A DNA stretch of 40,801 nucleotides from an uncultured delta proteobacterium. Lineage in GTDB: Bacteria; Desulfobacterota; Desulfobacteria; Desulfobacterales; JAFDCJ01. The notes beneath the pieces are model-generated. The model ran no database searches. It worked only from the letters and a program-made list of their open reading frames with translations, and was not told where the DNA came from. The position numbers and the translations under genes are program-made. The stretch lies in contig CAVYNY010000031.1 in assembly GCA_963769935.1 (NCBI GenBank), positions 1 through 40,801 on the forward strand. The letters are read 5' to 3'. Below, piece by piece: positions 28,196-38,279 of the stretch; the first letter of the stretch is position 1; each line of letters opens with the position of its first letter.

Positions 28196-28931
28196 AGCGG
28201 TCCGCGTGCAGAACCTGCAAAAAAAATTCGGGCGTTTCGTGGCGGTCGACCAAATTTCGTTTCAGGTGGCCAAGGGTGAAATTTTCGGTCTGCTGGGTCC
28301 CAACGGCGCCGGCAAATCAACCACCATTCGCATGCTGTGCGGCATTATCAGCCCCAGCGGCGGGAGCGGTCACGTGGCGGGGCTGGACATCTTTACCCAG
28401 TCCGAGGCCATCAAACAAACCATCGGCTATATGTCCCAGAAATTTTCCCTCTACCAGGATCTGACGCCCCTGGAGAACATCCGCTTTTATCTGGGGATCT
28501 ACAATGTGCCGGTGCGCCTGTGGCGGGAGCGCATGGATTGGGTGCTGGAGGTCACTCGCCTGCACGCAGCCAAAGACCGTCTGACCCGCGATTTGCCCCC
28601 CGGATGGCGCCAGCGCCTGGCCCTGGGCTGCGCCCTGCTGCACCGTCCCGACATTCTTTTTCTGGACGAACCCACCTCCGGGGTGGACCCCATTACGCGC
28701 CGGCATTTCTGGGACTTCATCCGGGAGATGACCGGCCGTCAGGTGACCGTGTTCGTGACGACCCATTACATGGATGAGGCCCGGCACTGCAACCGGGTTG
28801 TCATCATCAATGAAGGCCGGATCGTCGCCGCCGGATCCCCGGCCGGGATCGTCGGCGAGCTGTTTCCCGACCGACCGTCCGCGGATCTAAACGATGCCTT
28901 CGTTAAACTGGTCGGACGGAGGACGCCATGA
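28185..28931 (+). CDS. ABC transporter ATP-binding protein (YbhF-like domain 2)
   Basis: GPNGAGKST, YMSQKFSLY, degenerate LPPGWRQR signature, LDEPTSGVDP; TTG start after GGAGG. Confidence 0.92.
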   Translation: MASEAVRVQNLQKKFGRFVAVDQISFQVAKGEIFGLLGPNGAGKSTTIRMLCGIISPSGGSGHVAGLDIFTQSEAIKQTIGYMSQKFSLYQDLTPLENIRFYLGIYNVPVRLWRERMDWVLEVTRLHAAKDRLTRDLPPGWRQRLALGCALLHRPDILFLDEPTSGVDPITRRHFWDFIREMTGRQVTVFVTTHYMDEARHCNRVVIINEGRIVAAGSPAGIVGELFPDRPSADLNDAFVKLVGRRTP

Positions 28932-30061
28932 ATCTGCGCAGCGTCCGGGCGGTGGCCAGAAAAGAGTATTATCATCTGATTCGCGACTTTCGCAGCTTAT
29001 ACCTGGCGCTGATCATTCCCCTGTTGTTGATCCTGCTGTTCGGCTATGCGCTCAGCCTGGATGTCGAACACATCCCCATGGTCGTCGTGGACCACGACCG
29101 CACCCCGCAAAGCCGGGATTTTATTCAGAAGCTGGATGCGACCATTTATTTTGACGTCGTCGCCGATTTGCCCGACACCGCCGCGCTGATCGACTATCTC
29201 GACCGCAATCAAGCTCTGGTGGGGATCGTGCTGCCCCCCGACTGGAGCGCCGATCTCAAGGCAGACCGCCAAAGCCCGCTGCAGGTCATCATCGACGGCA
29301 GCGACCCCAACTATGCCGGCAACACCCGCGCCTTTATTACAGCTTATGTGGCGGCCTACAACCAGGAGCAGCTGCTGGCCTTTTTGAACCGCCAGGGCCG
29401 CACCCGCATCCACCCGCCGGTGGAAGGGCGCATCCGGGTCTGGTTCAACGAAGATCTGGAAAGCCGCAATTTCATCATCCCCGGCATCATCGCCGTTATC
29501 ATCATGATCGTGGGCGCCCTGCTGACGTCGCTGGTAATTGCCAGGGAGTATGAAAACGGCACCATGGAGACCATCCGCGCGCTGCCGCTGGGGGCCGTCG
29601 AATTCTTGACAGGTAAAGCGATTCCCTACTTTTTTATTGCGCTGACCGATGTGCTGGTGGCCATTTTGATGGGACAGGTGCTGTTCGGGGTAGTGATGAA
29701 ATCCAGTTTTTGGCTGATGATTCTGGCTTCAACCATCTATATCGGGGTGGCCCTGGGCATCGGCCTGCTGATTTCCACCAGTGTCAAATCCCAGCTGGTG
29801 GCCAATCAGATGGCGATTATGCTAACCTACCTGCCGTCGCTGCTGCTCTCCGACTTTGTCTTTCCCCAGGAGAACATGCCCCTTGCCTTAAAGCTCATCT
29901 CACGCATTGTGCCGGCCACTTACTTTATCGATATCTTAAACGGGCTGTATCTGCGCAACCTGGGCCTGGTGGAGCTCTGGCCCAGTTACTTTGTGCTGAC
30001 CGCCATGTTCGGCCTGCTGGCCGTGCTCAATGTTGCCATGTTGAAAAAGGAGGGCCTGTAG
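28928..30061 (+). CDS. ABC-2 permease (YbhS-like)
   Basis: KEYYHLIRD..L..ALIIP..LILLFGYA, AREYENGTME. Confidence 0.92.
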   Translation: MNLRSVRAVARKEYYHLIRDFRSLYLALIIPLLLILLFGYALSLDVEHIPMVVVDHDRTPQSRDFIQKLDATIYFDVVADLPDTAALIDYLDRNQALVGIVLPPDWSADLKADRQSPLQVIIDGSDPNYAGNTRAFITAYVAAYNQEQLLAFLNRQGRTRIHPPVEGRIRVWFNEDLESRNFIIPGIIAVIIMIVGALLTSLVIAREYENGTMETIRALPLGAVEFLTGKAIPYFFIALTDVLVAILMGQVLFGVVMKSSFWLMILASTIYIGVALGIGLLISTSVKSQLVANQMAIMLTYLPSLLLSDFVFPQENMPLALKLISRIVPATYFIDILNGLYLRNLGLVELWPSYFVLTAMFGLLAVLNVAMLKKEGL

Positions 30062-30062
30062 C

Positions 30063-31184
30063 ATGAGCTGGCTCAGGGTCCGGGAAATGGTGCGCAAGGA
30101 ATTCATCCAGCTTCTGCGGGACAGAAAGAACCGACCGCTGCTGATTCTGGCCCCCCTGATTCAGCTGATCGTGTTCGGCTACGTGGTCACCACCGATGTG
30201 CGCGATATCCGGGTGGCGCTGCTGGACCAATCGCATACCCCGGAAAGCCGGCGCCTGATCGAGGCCATCGACGGCAACCGGACCTTTCGCATCACCCGGT
30301 TTGTGCAGGATCCGCAGCAGCTGGAGCATCTGCTCATCAATCGGCAAGTGAACATGGCGGTGCGGATTCCGCCGGATTTCAGCCGCCGCATTCGTAAAAA
30401 GGAAACCGCCGCCGTTCAAATCCTGGTGGACGGCAGCATGAGCAACATGGCGGCGGTCAGGATATCCTACATTAATGTGGTGCTGGAGCGCTTCAATACC
30501 CAAATGCTGCACGAGCTTTACCCACTGCGTCTGGACTACGGCGAGATCGACGCCCGCATTCGCACCTGGTACAATCCCAATCTGGACAGCCGCTATTTTT
30601 ATGTTCCCGGAATTGTGGCTTTTCTGGTTATGCTGCTCTCGCTTTTGCTGACCTCCATGGCCATCGTACGTGAAAAAGAGGTCGGCACCATGGAGCAGTT
30701 GATCGTCACACCGCTCAAACCCTACGAGCTGATCCTGGGCAAAACCATACCCTTTATCATCGTGGCCCAGGCCCAGATGATCATGGTGATCGTGTTTGCC
30801 GTCTTATGGTTTCAAATTCCCCTGGTGGGCAGCATTCCCTTGCTGCTGGCAGCCACCGCCTTGTTTCTGCTGAGCACCCTGGGGGTCGGGCTTTTTATTT
30901 CGACGGTTTCCAGGACCCAGCAGCAGGCCATGATGACCAACTTCTTTTTTATTCTGCCCTTTTTTATGTTAAGCGGTTTTGTATTCCCGATCGCCAACAT
31001 GCCGCAGGTGATTCAGTGGCTGACCTTTCTGAACCCTCTGAAGCATTTTTTAATCATCATCCGGGGAATTTTTCTGAAGGGCACCGGCTTCGCGGTGCTG
31101 TGGCCGCAGTTTCTGAATCTGGCTGTTTTGGGCACCGCGGTCTTTATCGGGGCCGTAAGCCGGTTTCACAAGCGTATCGAATAA
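30063..31184 (+). CDS. ABC-2 permease (YbhR-like)
   Basis: KEFIQLLRD, WYNPNL, VREKEVGTMEQLIVTP, LSGFVFPIANMP. Confidence 0.92.
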   Translation: MSWLRVREMVRKEFIQLLRDRKNRPLLILAPLIQLIVFGYVVTTDVRDIRVALLDQSHTPESRRLIEAIDGNRTFRITRFVQDPQQLEHLLINRQVNMAVRIPPDFSRRIRKKETAAVQILVDGSMSNMAAVRISYINVVLERFNTQMLHELYPLRLDYGEIDARIRTWYNPNLDSRYFYVPGIVAFLVMLLSLLLTSMAIVREKEVGTMEQLIVTPLKPYELILGKTIPFIIVAQAQMIMVIVFAVLWFQIPLVGSIPLLLAATALFLLSTLGVGLFISTVSRTQQQAMMTNFFFILPFFMLSGFVFPIANMPQVIQWLTFLNPLKHFLIIIRGIFLKGTGFAVLWPQFLNLAVLGTAVFIGAVSRFHKRIE

Positions 31185-31301
31185 CTCCATTCATAAGCTG
31201 CCGGCTTTGCCGAAGAGAATTGAAAATGTTTTGCCGATACGGCGTGAGCAGGATTCATTGATCCTAAGTTATACCAAGCCGGCGGCCTATGAATGGAGTT
31301 A
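31182..31301. mobile_element. 120-bp MITE-like element overlapping the permease stop codon
   Basis: taactccattcataagctgccggctt / aagccggcggcctatgaatggagtta, ~26-bp terminal IR. Confidence 0.72.
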
Positions 31302-31704
31302 AAATAAAAAATTTTTGCTTATTTTTTACAATCTAAGCTGGGAAAACCTATGATGCAGCCAAATTTTTTCATTTAAATCAGCGACTACCGGCAGAGCCTG
31401 ATCCCGGCCCCTCACAGGGGCCTTCCTTTTACACCTGACATTGGTGGTGATCGCTGATTTTCCCTGGGGCGCTGTGTGTTCTTATGCTTGCTGCTGATTG
31501 CAATTGACATCCCAATTGCTTTTCGGTAAATCAACAAAGCGGAAGGATTTAAATGCGGGTTTGCTCTAAAATCAAAAACCGGGTCCTCCCTTCAGGCGGG
31601 AAGCCGAACCGGGAAGACTTACTTGACCGGTCAAAGGGTGAGAGCAATTTTTGCTCGATGATAAATCTAATGGCTAATATGAAATAAAAAAAAAGGAGGT
31701 TATT

Positions 31705-32244
31705 ATGGCAAAGGCTGCAAAGGATGAACGACGGCAAAATGTGATCGAGGTTTTAAACAAGGCACGCGCCATGGAACTGCTGGCCATATACCAGTACATG
31801 AATCAGCATTATAATCTGGACGACATGGACTACGGCGAGCTGGCCGCCAAAATCAAGCTGATTGCCATTGATGAAATGCGGCATGCGGAGATGTTCGCCG
31901 AACGCATCAAGGAGCTGGACGGCGAGCCGGTTACCGCCCATGACGGCAAGGTTGTCAAAGGCCAGAAAGTCCAGGCCATCTATACTTTCGATTCCGGGTT
32001 GGAGGACAATACCATCGACACTTACAACCAGTTCCTGCTGGTGTGCCGGGACAATGGCGACAGTACCAGCATGAAGCTTTTTGAAGATATTATCAACGAA
32101 GAACAGATTCACTATAACTACTTCGACAATGTCGAAAGCCATATCGAGAAACTCGGTGATACCTATCTCGCCAAAATTGCCGGTACGCCGTCTGCCACCG
32201 GACTGGGACCCAGCGGATTTGTGGTCAGCGGTCAAGGCGGATGA
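31705..32244 (+). CDS. bfr: bacterioferritin (Desulfovibrio-type)
   Basis: ELLAIYQYMNQHY, IDEMRHAEMFAERI, EEQIH di-iron ligands; heme-ligand Met. Confidence 0.9.
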   Translation: MAKAAKDERRQNVIEVLNKARAMELLAIYQYMNQHYNLDDMDYGELAAKIKLIAIDEMRHAEMFAERIKELDGEPVTAHDGKVVKGQKVQAIYTFDSGLEDNTIDTYNQFLLVCRDNGDSTSMKLFEDIINEEQIHYNYFDNVESHIEKLGDTYLAKIAGTPSATGLGPSGFVVSGQGG

Positions 32245-32432
32245 AATCCGTTCAAAGTTAATGGTGGGCACCGCCCACCATTAACCTGCTTGCCCCACCT
32301 TCCATTGGCGGCAACGCTTACCTTACACTGAATCCTGATCTGCGGCAGGCGGTCAAGCTTAGGGCTGGGCTGCCGGCGTCGGCATCGACCTCTGCCGGTT
32401 GCGTTTATTCCAACATGGAAAACCTGGTCTTA

Positions 32433-32588
32433 GGGCTCACGAAAAAATAACTTCACATTTTATACGCCGCTGCATCTCTTCCAGCTGCGGTGCGAAAGCT
32501 CGGAATATCCAGATATTCCTGCGTTTTCGCGCCTGGCTGGAAGGGCGCCTCAACGCCTGAAACTGTGAATTAATTTTTCCGTGAACCC
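32433..32588. mobile_element. MITE-like element family A, copy 2 (156 bp, TTA target duplication)
   Basis: tta-gggctcac...gtgaaccc-tta; colinear with copies 1 and 3. Confidence 0.88.
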
Positions 32589-32741
32589 TTAGGGGGCAGG
32601 ATTCTCGGCCAATCTTTGCTATATCCAAACCGCTGCACTTGTGCTATAGACCTTTTGCAAAAATACCTGTGCCCATCCCCGGTGAGACGTTTTATCCAAA
32701 CATTTTCTAATGATTTATCTTTTTAACCTAAAGGATTAATT

Positions 32742-32963
32742 ATGTATTCCGTTATGATCCGAGTCGGCAACGCTCGAAAAATAAAACGTGCAACTTTTGA
32801 CAATGCTGCCGATGCTGAAGCATATTTTAATAAGCTTTGCGAACGTCGGACGGATTATCCGGCCACCGTTGTGCTGGCCGAAAGAATCCTGGTCAGAAAA
32901 AAGTTTCGGATTGATAAGAACCACAAGGGCGAACGCATGCTATTAAACGAGGAGATCGTTTAG
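32742..32963 (+). CDS. small hypothetical protein
   Basis: AAGGA RBS, ATG start, protein-like composition; family not recognised. Confidence 0.55.
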   Translation: MYSVMIRVGNARKIKRATFDNAADAEAYFNKLCERRTDYPATVVLAERILVRKKFRIDKNHKGERMLLNEEIV

Positions 32964-33160
32964 TCTGATTTAACTCCAGGCCTCCAGCAATGGACCCGGA
33001 GAGGTTCAACCGACATTTTCCGCTGCACGCCGAGTTCACGAAAATATACTCCTGCTGTCCACATTCGTATACATTTTTGCTTCACGCGGCCGAACTCCAT
33101 GCCACCAGGTGACCCTCTAATCTACTGATATCATGTAAGTTGTATAAATTTCAGATCTCA

Positions 33161-33176
33161 TGGAATATTTTTTGCT
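33161..33176 (+). promoter_or_regulatory. putative sigma54 promoter
   Basis: TGGAATATTTTTTGCT = GG-N10-GC with AT-rich upstream region; ~270 nt before ATG 33444. Confidence 0.5.
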
Positions 33177-33443
33177 AACTTTCACTGGATGACCAGAGGG
33201 GCCGGATTACCTGTCTTCCTGCGCACGGCGCCTCCCCGGGTAAAATCCAATTTGAACGCAAGTGCCGGATTGTCCTTTTTTTTCCATTATGGCAGGATTG
33301 AGGCAGATCCCGATGCCTCAAAAAATACCACTTTTACTCAACCAGTTTTAGAAATTCCGAAACGTTAAATTGATTCGCCCTGAAATCCCTAATTTATCAG
33401 GGTGGAGTAATGTAGGCAAATCTCTAACAGGAGGGAGCAAACG

Positions 33444-33911
33444 ATGATCCGGAAAACCCATTCTTTTTACCTGCTGACTGTCGTGTTGGGACTGTTGTTA
33501 TTGATCAATACCGGGGCCGCTGCGGCACCGACTGCCAAAATGATCAAAGAGGTGGTTGATTACTACTACACCGGCCAAAAGGAAGGACCGGTTTTAACGG
33601 AAGCAAAACTATGTCAGGGCATAAAAGATTTGGAATGCAGTGAGATATCCAACCCCGAAAGCATAACCAAGGGTGAAACCATCAACGTCTGGATGCAGTT
33701 CTTTGTGCCCAAGGGAGGCAGCTACGACGACATCCTGGTTGAATACAAGCACGAGGGCATTCCATACCGGCTGACACCGCACAAAATCGAAGGCTCGATT
33801 CGCTACCGTTTGGTGGATAAAGCCCGCCTCGATAAACCCGGCAACTGGACGATCACCGTTAAAAGAGGAATCAACAAACTGAGCGAATTCAAGGTTAAGG
33901 TGGTTGAATGA
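33444..33911 (+). CDS. exported beta-rich (Ig-like) hypothetical protein
   Basis: signal peptide ending AAA, Cys pair, KPGNWTITV...FKV strand pattern; AGGAGG RBS. Confidence 0.8.
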   Translation: MIRKTHSFYLLTVVLGLLLLINTGAAAAPTAKMIKEVVDYYYTGQKEGPVLTEAKLCQGIKDLECSEISNPESITKGETINVWMQFFVPKGGSYDDILVEYKHEGIPYRLTPHKIEGSIRYRLVDKARLDKPGNWTITVKRGINKLSEFKVKVVE

Positions 33912-34020
33912 TGACTGCCGGATAGAGAATCCGGCTGGTCGCATTGCGCCGCCGGATCGCTCCAAAAAGCTCAACCCCGCAACAATCCTGCCGCAGCGCT
34001 TGTGCGGCCAAGATAATCGT

Positions 34021-34146
34021 TCACCGCAGAGTTCGCAGCCACCGGTCGATAGGATCGACGACCCGGTGGGAGAACGCCGAGAAAAAACCCATACGATTAA
34101 AAAGAAAATCTAAAACAAACTCAGCGGTCTCGGCGATCTCTGCGGT
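34021..34146. repeat. family B inverted-repeat element with an inserted hairpin
   Basis: tcaccgcagagttcgc...ctcagcggtctcggcgatctctgcggt; internal ccaccggtcgat..atcgacgacccggtgg. Confidence 0.65.
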
Positions 34147-34157
34147 TGGCTATGCTA

Positions 34158-34186
34158 TTGACAAATCTGAGACCCTCCTCTATGGT
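34158..34186 (+). promoter_or_regulatory. sigma70 promoter of the nucleoside ABC operon
   Basis: TTGACA-17-TATGGT. Confidence 0.6.
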
Positions 34187-34290
34187 GTTTCCCCAAATTC
34201 CAACCGCCATTCGAGATTCCAAAAATGCATTAAATCAAGCCGTGCATGGGAGAATACCAACCTCTTATAATTGTGAAAGGAGCTCTCACT

Positions 34291-35277
34291 ATGAAAAAAT
34301 TTGCTTTGGTGGTCATGTCGGTCCTATTGTCGAGTTCGTTGGCCATTGCCACGAGTACCGAAAAACCCTTCAAAATTGCCGCTATCTTCCAGACGGCCAT
34401 CGAGGAGCCGTGGGACGGCGTGATCCATCGGGCCTGCCTGAAGGCTCAAAAGGAAATGGGCAATATCGAATATGAATTCACCGAGAAGGTCGCTGCCGCG
34501 GATTTTGAAAAGGTCCTGAGGGAGTATGCGGAGAGAGGATTCGATCTGATCGTGGGCGATGCGTTTCTGGCAGGGGAAGAACCGGCCCGCCGGGTTGCCA
34601 AGGATTATCCCGACATCGCCTTTGCCTTTGGCTCGGAGTTTGGTCCGGTGGCTCCCAATTTCTCTGTTTTTGACAACTGGATTCACGAGCCGGCCTACCT
34701 GTGCGGTGTGATTGCCGGGCGTCTCACCAAAAGCAATGTCCTGGGGGTGGTGGCCGCCATACCCATCGGAGAAGTCAACCGCCTGGTGAATGCTTATAAG
34801 GCCGGTGCGCTCAGCGTCAATCCCAAGGTCAAGGTTAAAATTACTTACATCGGCGGCTGGTTTGATCCGCCCAAGGCCAAAGAGGCGGCTATTGCCCAGA
34901 TTGAAGCCGGCGCGGATCTGATCTTTGCCGAACGCTTCGGCGTCTTTGAAGCTGCCAAAGAAAAGGGTGTGCTGGCCTTCGGCAACATGTCGGATCAGAA
35001 TGCGCTGGCCCCCGGGGTCGTGATCACCGGACCTGTCTGGGATATGTATCCCACCATCAAGTTTGCCATTGAAATGGTCAAGAAAAAGGCCTGGGTATCC
35101 ATGGATCTGGGCGAATGGTGCATGATGGCCAAAGGCGGCGCCCGGCTGGCCCCCTATCATTCCTTTGAAAAGACCCTGCCGGTGGGCGTCATTAAAGAGG
35201 TCCAGGATCTTGAACAAAAAATCATCAACGGCACCTACCGGGTGCCGGTCGACGAGCAGAAGCCGGCTTCTGATTAA
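34291..35277 (+). CDS. BMP-family ABC substrate-binding protein (nucleoside/nucleobase)
   Basis: EPAYLCGVIAGRLTKSNVLGVV, YIGGWFDPPKAKEAAIAQIEAGADLI. Confidence 0.93.
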   Translation: MKKFALVVMSVLLSSSLAIATSTEKPFKIAAIFQTAIEEPWDGVIHRACLKAQKEMGNIEYEFTEKVAAADFEKVLREYAERGFDLIVGDAFLAGEEPARRVAKDYPDIAFAFGSEFGPVAPNFSVFDNWIHEPAYLCGVIAGRLTKSNVLGVVAAIPIGEVNRLVNAYKAGALSVNPKVKVKITYIGGWFDPPKAKEAAIAQIEAGADLIFAERFGVFEAAKEKGVLAFGNMSDQNALAPGVVITGPVWDMYPTIKFAIEMVKKKAWVSMDLGEWCMMAKGGARLAPYHSFEKTLPVGVIKEVQDLEQKIINGTYRVPVDEQKPASD

Positions 35278-35303
35278 AATAAAATGGCCGTGGTCAGATA
35301 CTG

Positions 35304-35588
35304 AAGGTGTCAGGTGTCAGCGCCGCCGCCAACCGCGGAATTTTTCCGCCCCAGGCTGGTTTATCCGCCTTGGCTGGGCAGTCAGTTCTTCGAAAGATGA
35401 CACTCTACAAAAGCGAATATCTAATACGAAACTTCGTTTATTCCGGCCGCTGAAGTAGGGTGGGACTCCGTGCCCGCCGACATGGGTCGGCACGGAGACC
35501 GACCATAGGTTAGCGCATAACCAAAGTCATTTTCTTGATAGTACCGGCCGTTGTTTTGGCGGGCGGCGGGGCTGACACCTGACACCTT
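35304..35588. repeat. composite element bounded by inverted AGGTGTC heptamer repeats, containing a GTAG REP-like unit
   Basis: aaggtgtcaggtgtcagcgccgcc / ggcggggctgacacctgacacctt; gtagggtgggactccgtgcccgcc...ggtcggcacggagaccgacc at 35456-35504. Confidence 0.75.
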
Positions 35589-35697
35589 TTATAGGGCAAC
35601 GGACAACCTGACTCAGCTTAACCGAAACCAACCTGCCGTCCCATAGTTTTACTTAAAAAGCGAAATGAAACATCTTCGCAACTTCAGGCAATGCTGC

Positions 35698-37218
35698 ATG
35701 GCCGATGACAAACAACCCGTGGTGCAAATGTCCGACATCACCAAACGGTTTCTGGACGTTACTGCCTGCGATTCCATATCCTTCAGTCTCTATCCCGGGG
35801 AAATCTGCGCCCTGCTGGGTGAAAACGGCGCGGGTAAAACAACCCTGATGAATATCCTTTTCGGTTATTACACTCGCGATGCGGGGGAGGTTTTTATCAA
35901 AGGGGAGAGGGTCAACCTCGCGGCCCCCCGGGATGCGATTGCCCGCGGCGTGGGCATGATTCATCAGCATTTTGCCCTGGTTCAGTCCCAGACTGTGCTG
36001 GAGAACATTGTGATCGGCACGGGTTCGGGCAAGGGAGTGTTCCTGGACCTCAAATCGGCACGACGGGAACTGCTTGCGCTGCAGAAACGCTTCGGGCTGC
36101 AAATCGAGCCGGATGCCCGGATCTGGACCCTGTCGGTGGGTGAGCAGCAAAAGGTGGAAATTCTAAAAGCCTTGTACCGTGACATAGACATTTTGATCAT
36201 GGACGAGCCCACCGCGGTGCTGGCTCCGGCTGAAACCGATGATCTTTTTAAAACCTTGAGATCCCTCGTCCAAGAAGGCCGTTCAGTTGTTTTCATCTCC
36301 CACAAGTTAAATGAGGTGCTGGAAATATCAGATCGCATCGTGGTCCTGCGCGCCGGACGGGTCGTCGCGCAAAGAAAGGCGGCCGCAACCAATACCCGGG
36401 AGCTGGCCAATCTCATGGTGGGCCGGGAGCTGCTGGAAATTATCGCGAAAAAAGAAATCGAGCCCGGTCCGCCGGTACTGACGATTGAAAATCTGAGTGC
36501 CATCAATGATAAAAGAATTCCGGCCCTGAAGAACCTTAGCCTGGTCGTCCGCCGGAACGAAGTTTTGGGCATGGCCGGAATTTCCGGCAATGGCCAGCGG
36601 GAGCTGGCTGAAATTCTTTTCGGGCTGCGCGATCCGGTCGCGGGCAACATCCGGATAAACGGCCGCCCCCTCAAATTCGGCAGCCCGGCTTCCGCCATCG
36701 GACTGAAAATGGGGCGCATACCGGAGGATCGGATCGACACCGGTTTGATGATGGATCTTTCCGTTGAAGAAAACCTGATGCTGGAAAGGCATACTACCCG
36801 GGAGTTTCAGCGTTACGGTTTGATAAAATCGGCCAGGGTCAGGCAGTTCAGCGATGATCTGATCGCCGCTTACGGCATCAAAACCGCCGGCCGCGAGGCT
36901 GTGACCAAGAGTCTGTCCGGCGGCAACCTGCAAAAAGTCATGCTGGCCAGGGAGCTTGCCGGCCGGCCGGCAGTTATCGTCGCCGCCCAGCCGACCCGCG
37001 GCCTCGACGTGGGGGCCATGGAATATATTCATCAGAGAATCCTGCAGGAGCGCGAAAGGGGAGCGGGTATTCTGCTGATCTCGGAAGATCTGGATGAAGT
37101 ATTTAACCTGAGCGACCGCATCGTGGTGTTGTATGAGGGCGAAGTAATGGGCGAAACCCGCCGTCGGGAGGCTTCCCGTGAACAGGTCGGCCTGTGGATG
37201 AGCGGGGTGCGCAAGTGA
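35698..37218 (+). CDS. nucleoside ABC transporter ATP-binding protein (two NBDs)
   Basis: GENGAGKTT, LSVGEQQKVEI, LSGGNLQK, AQPTRGLDVGA. Confidence 0.94.
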   Translation: MADDKQPVVQMSDITKRFLDVTACDSISFSLYPGEICALLGENGAGKTTLMNILFGYYTRDAGEVFIKGERVNLAAPRDAIARGVGMIHQHFALVQSQTVLENIVIGTGSGKGVFLDLKSARRELLALQKRFGLQIEPDARIWTLSVGEQQKVEILKALYRDIDILIMDEPTAVLAPAETDDLFKTLRSLVQEGRSVVFISHKLNEVLEISDRIVVLRAGRVVAQRKAAATNTRELANLMVGRELLEIIAKKEIEPGPPVLTIENLSAINDKRIPALKNLSLVVRRNEVLGMAGISGNGQRELAEILFGLRDPVAGNIRINGRPLKFGSPASAIGLKMGRIPEDRIDTGLMMDLSVEENLMLERHTTREFQRYGLIKSARVRQFSDDLIAAYGIKTAGREAVTKSLSGGNLQKVMLARELAGRPAVIVAAQPTRGLDVGAMEYIHQRILQERERGAGILLISEDLDEVFNLSDRIVVLYEGEVMGETRRREASREQVGLWMSGVRK

Positions 37219-38279
37219 TGGGGTTGCAGATTGTCAAACGGCGACCCCTGCCGGGATGGGCTAAAATTGCCATTCCCATTGCCGCAATTGTGGTAACGCT
37301 GATTCTGTCCGCCATTCCGATTCTGATCGCCGGCGGGAATCTCTGGAAATCCTATTTTTACCTGTTTTACGGCGCGCTGGGGACCCGATTCAATCTGCTG
37401 GAGACTTTCGTCAAAGCCAGCCCTCTGATAATGACGGGGCTGGCAGTGGCTTTTGCTTTCAGGGCCAAGTTCTGGAACATCGGGGCCGAGGGCCAGCTGC
37501 TGGCCGGTGCCCTGTGCGCCACCGCGCTGGGGATCTCGCTGGGCGGCATCCCCAAATTTCTGGTATTGCCGATTGTCATTGTCGGGGGGTTTATTGCCGG
37601 TGGCATTTGGGCCGCGATTCCGGCGCTCCTTAAAACCAAACTCAAAGTGGATGATGTGGTCTCCACCCTGCTTTTGAACTATGTCATGATCAACATCATG
37701 GGGGCGCTGCTTTTCGGGCCCCTGCAGCAGCCCGGCTCGAGCTGGCCCCGCTCCCCGGCCATCATCGAGGCCGCCTGCTATCCCATCCTGCTGGCGCGTT
37801 CGCGGTTTCACCTGGGGATCCCGCTGGCCTTTCTGGCCGTCCTGGTTGTCTGGTTCATCAACCGGAAAACCACCTTCGGCTACGAGTCCCGGGCGGTCGG
37901 TGTGAATGCCCGGGCCGCCAACTTCGGCGGAATCGATACCACGAAGGTGATTCTGTGGACGGCCTTGATTTCCGGCGGATTGGCCGGGCTGGCCGGGGTG
38001 GGAGAACTCTGTGCCATTCAACGCCGTCTGATCATGGATATTTCTCCGGGCTACGGCTATTCCGGCATTGTAATTGCCATGCTGGGCAATCTGCACCCGG
38101 TTGGGGTGCTCTTTTCGGCGTTATTTTTCAGTGTAATTATCGTCGGGGCCCAGACCATGAGCCGCATGACCGGCGTTCCGACCTATATTGCCGAGGTCAT
38201 CCAGGGCATGGCGCTGATGGTGATGCTCGTCTTTTTGCTGTTTACGGAATACAAAATACGGCGGGTGCGCAAGCAATGA
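37218..38279 (+). CDS. nucleoside ABC transporter permease 1
   Basis: WNIGAEGQLLAGA, VVSTLLLNY, GYGYSGIVIAMLG. Confidence 0.93.
   Translation: MGLQIVKRRPLPGWAKIAIPIAAIVVTLILSAIPILIAGGNLWKSYFYLFYGALGTRFNLLETFVKASPLIMTGLAVAFAFRAKFWNIGAEGQLLAGALCATALGISLGGIPKFLVLPIVIVGGFIAGGIWAAIPALLKTKLKVDDVVSTLLLNYVMINIMGALLFGPLQQPGSSWPRSPAIIEAACYPILLARSRFHLGIPLAFLAVLVVWFINRKTTFGYESRAVGVNARAANFGGIDTTKVILWTALISGGLAGLAGVGELCAIQRRLIMDISPGYGYSGIVIAMLGNLHPVGVLFSALFFSVIIVGAQTMSRMTGVPTYIAEVIQGMALMVMLVFLLFTEYKIRRVRKQ

Noticed and set aside
31415..31445. SRP RNA-like GTCAGGT...GGAAG on the minus strand
   Set aside because: Lacks the GNRA-capped helix and the following GCAGC, so not called ffs.
32160..32244. Encapsulin targeting peptide on bacterioferritin
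   Set aside because: Tail resembles the ordinary Desulfovibrio-type Bfr C-terminus, and no encapsulin gene is nearby.
32437..32628. 63-aa ORF over MITE copy 2
   Set aside because: Start lies outside the element and the frame is not evidently maintained across copies.
33180..33440. c-di-GMP-I riboswitch
   Set aside because: Only scattered GGCAAA/ACGCAA words, in the wrong order and spacing.
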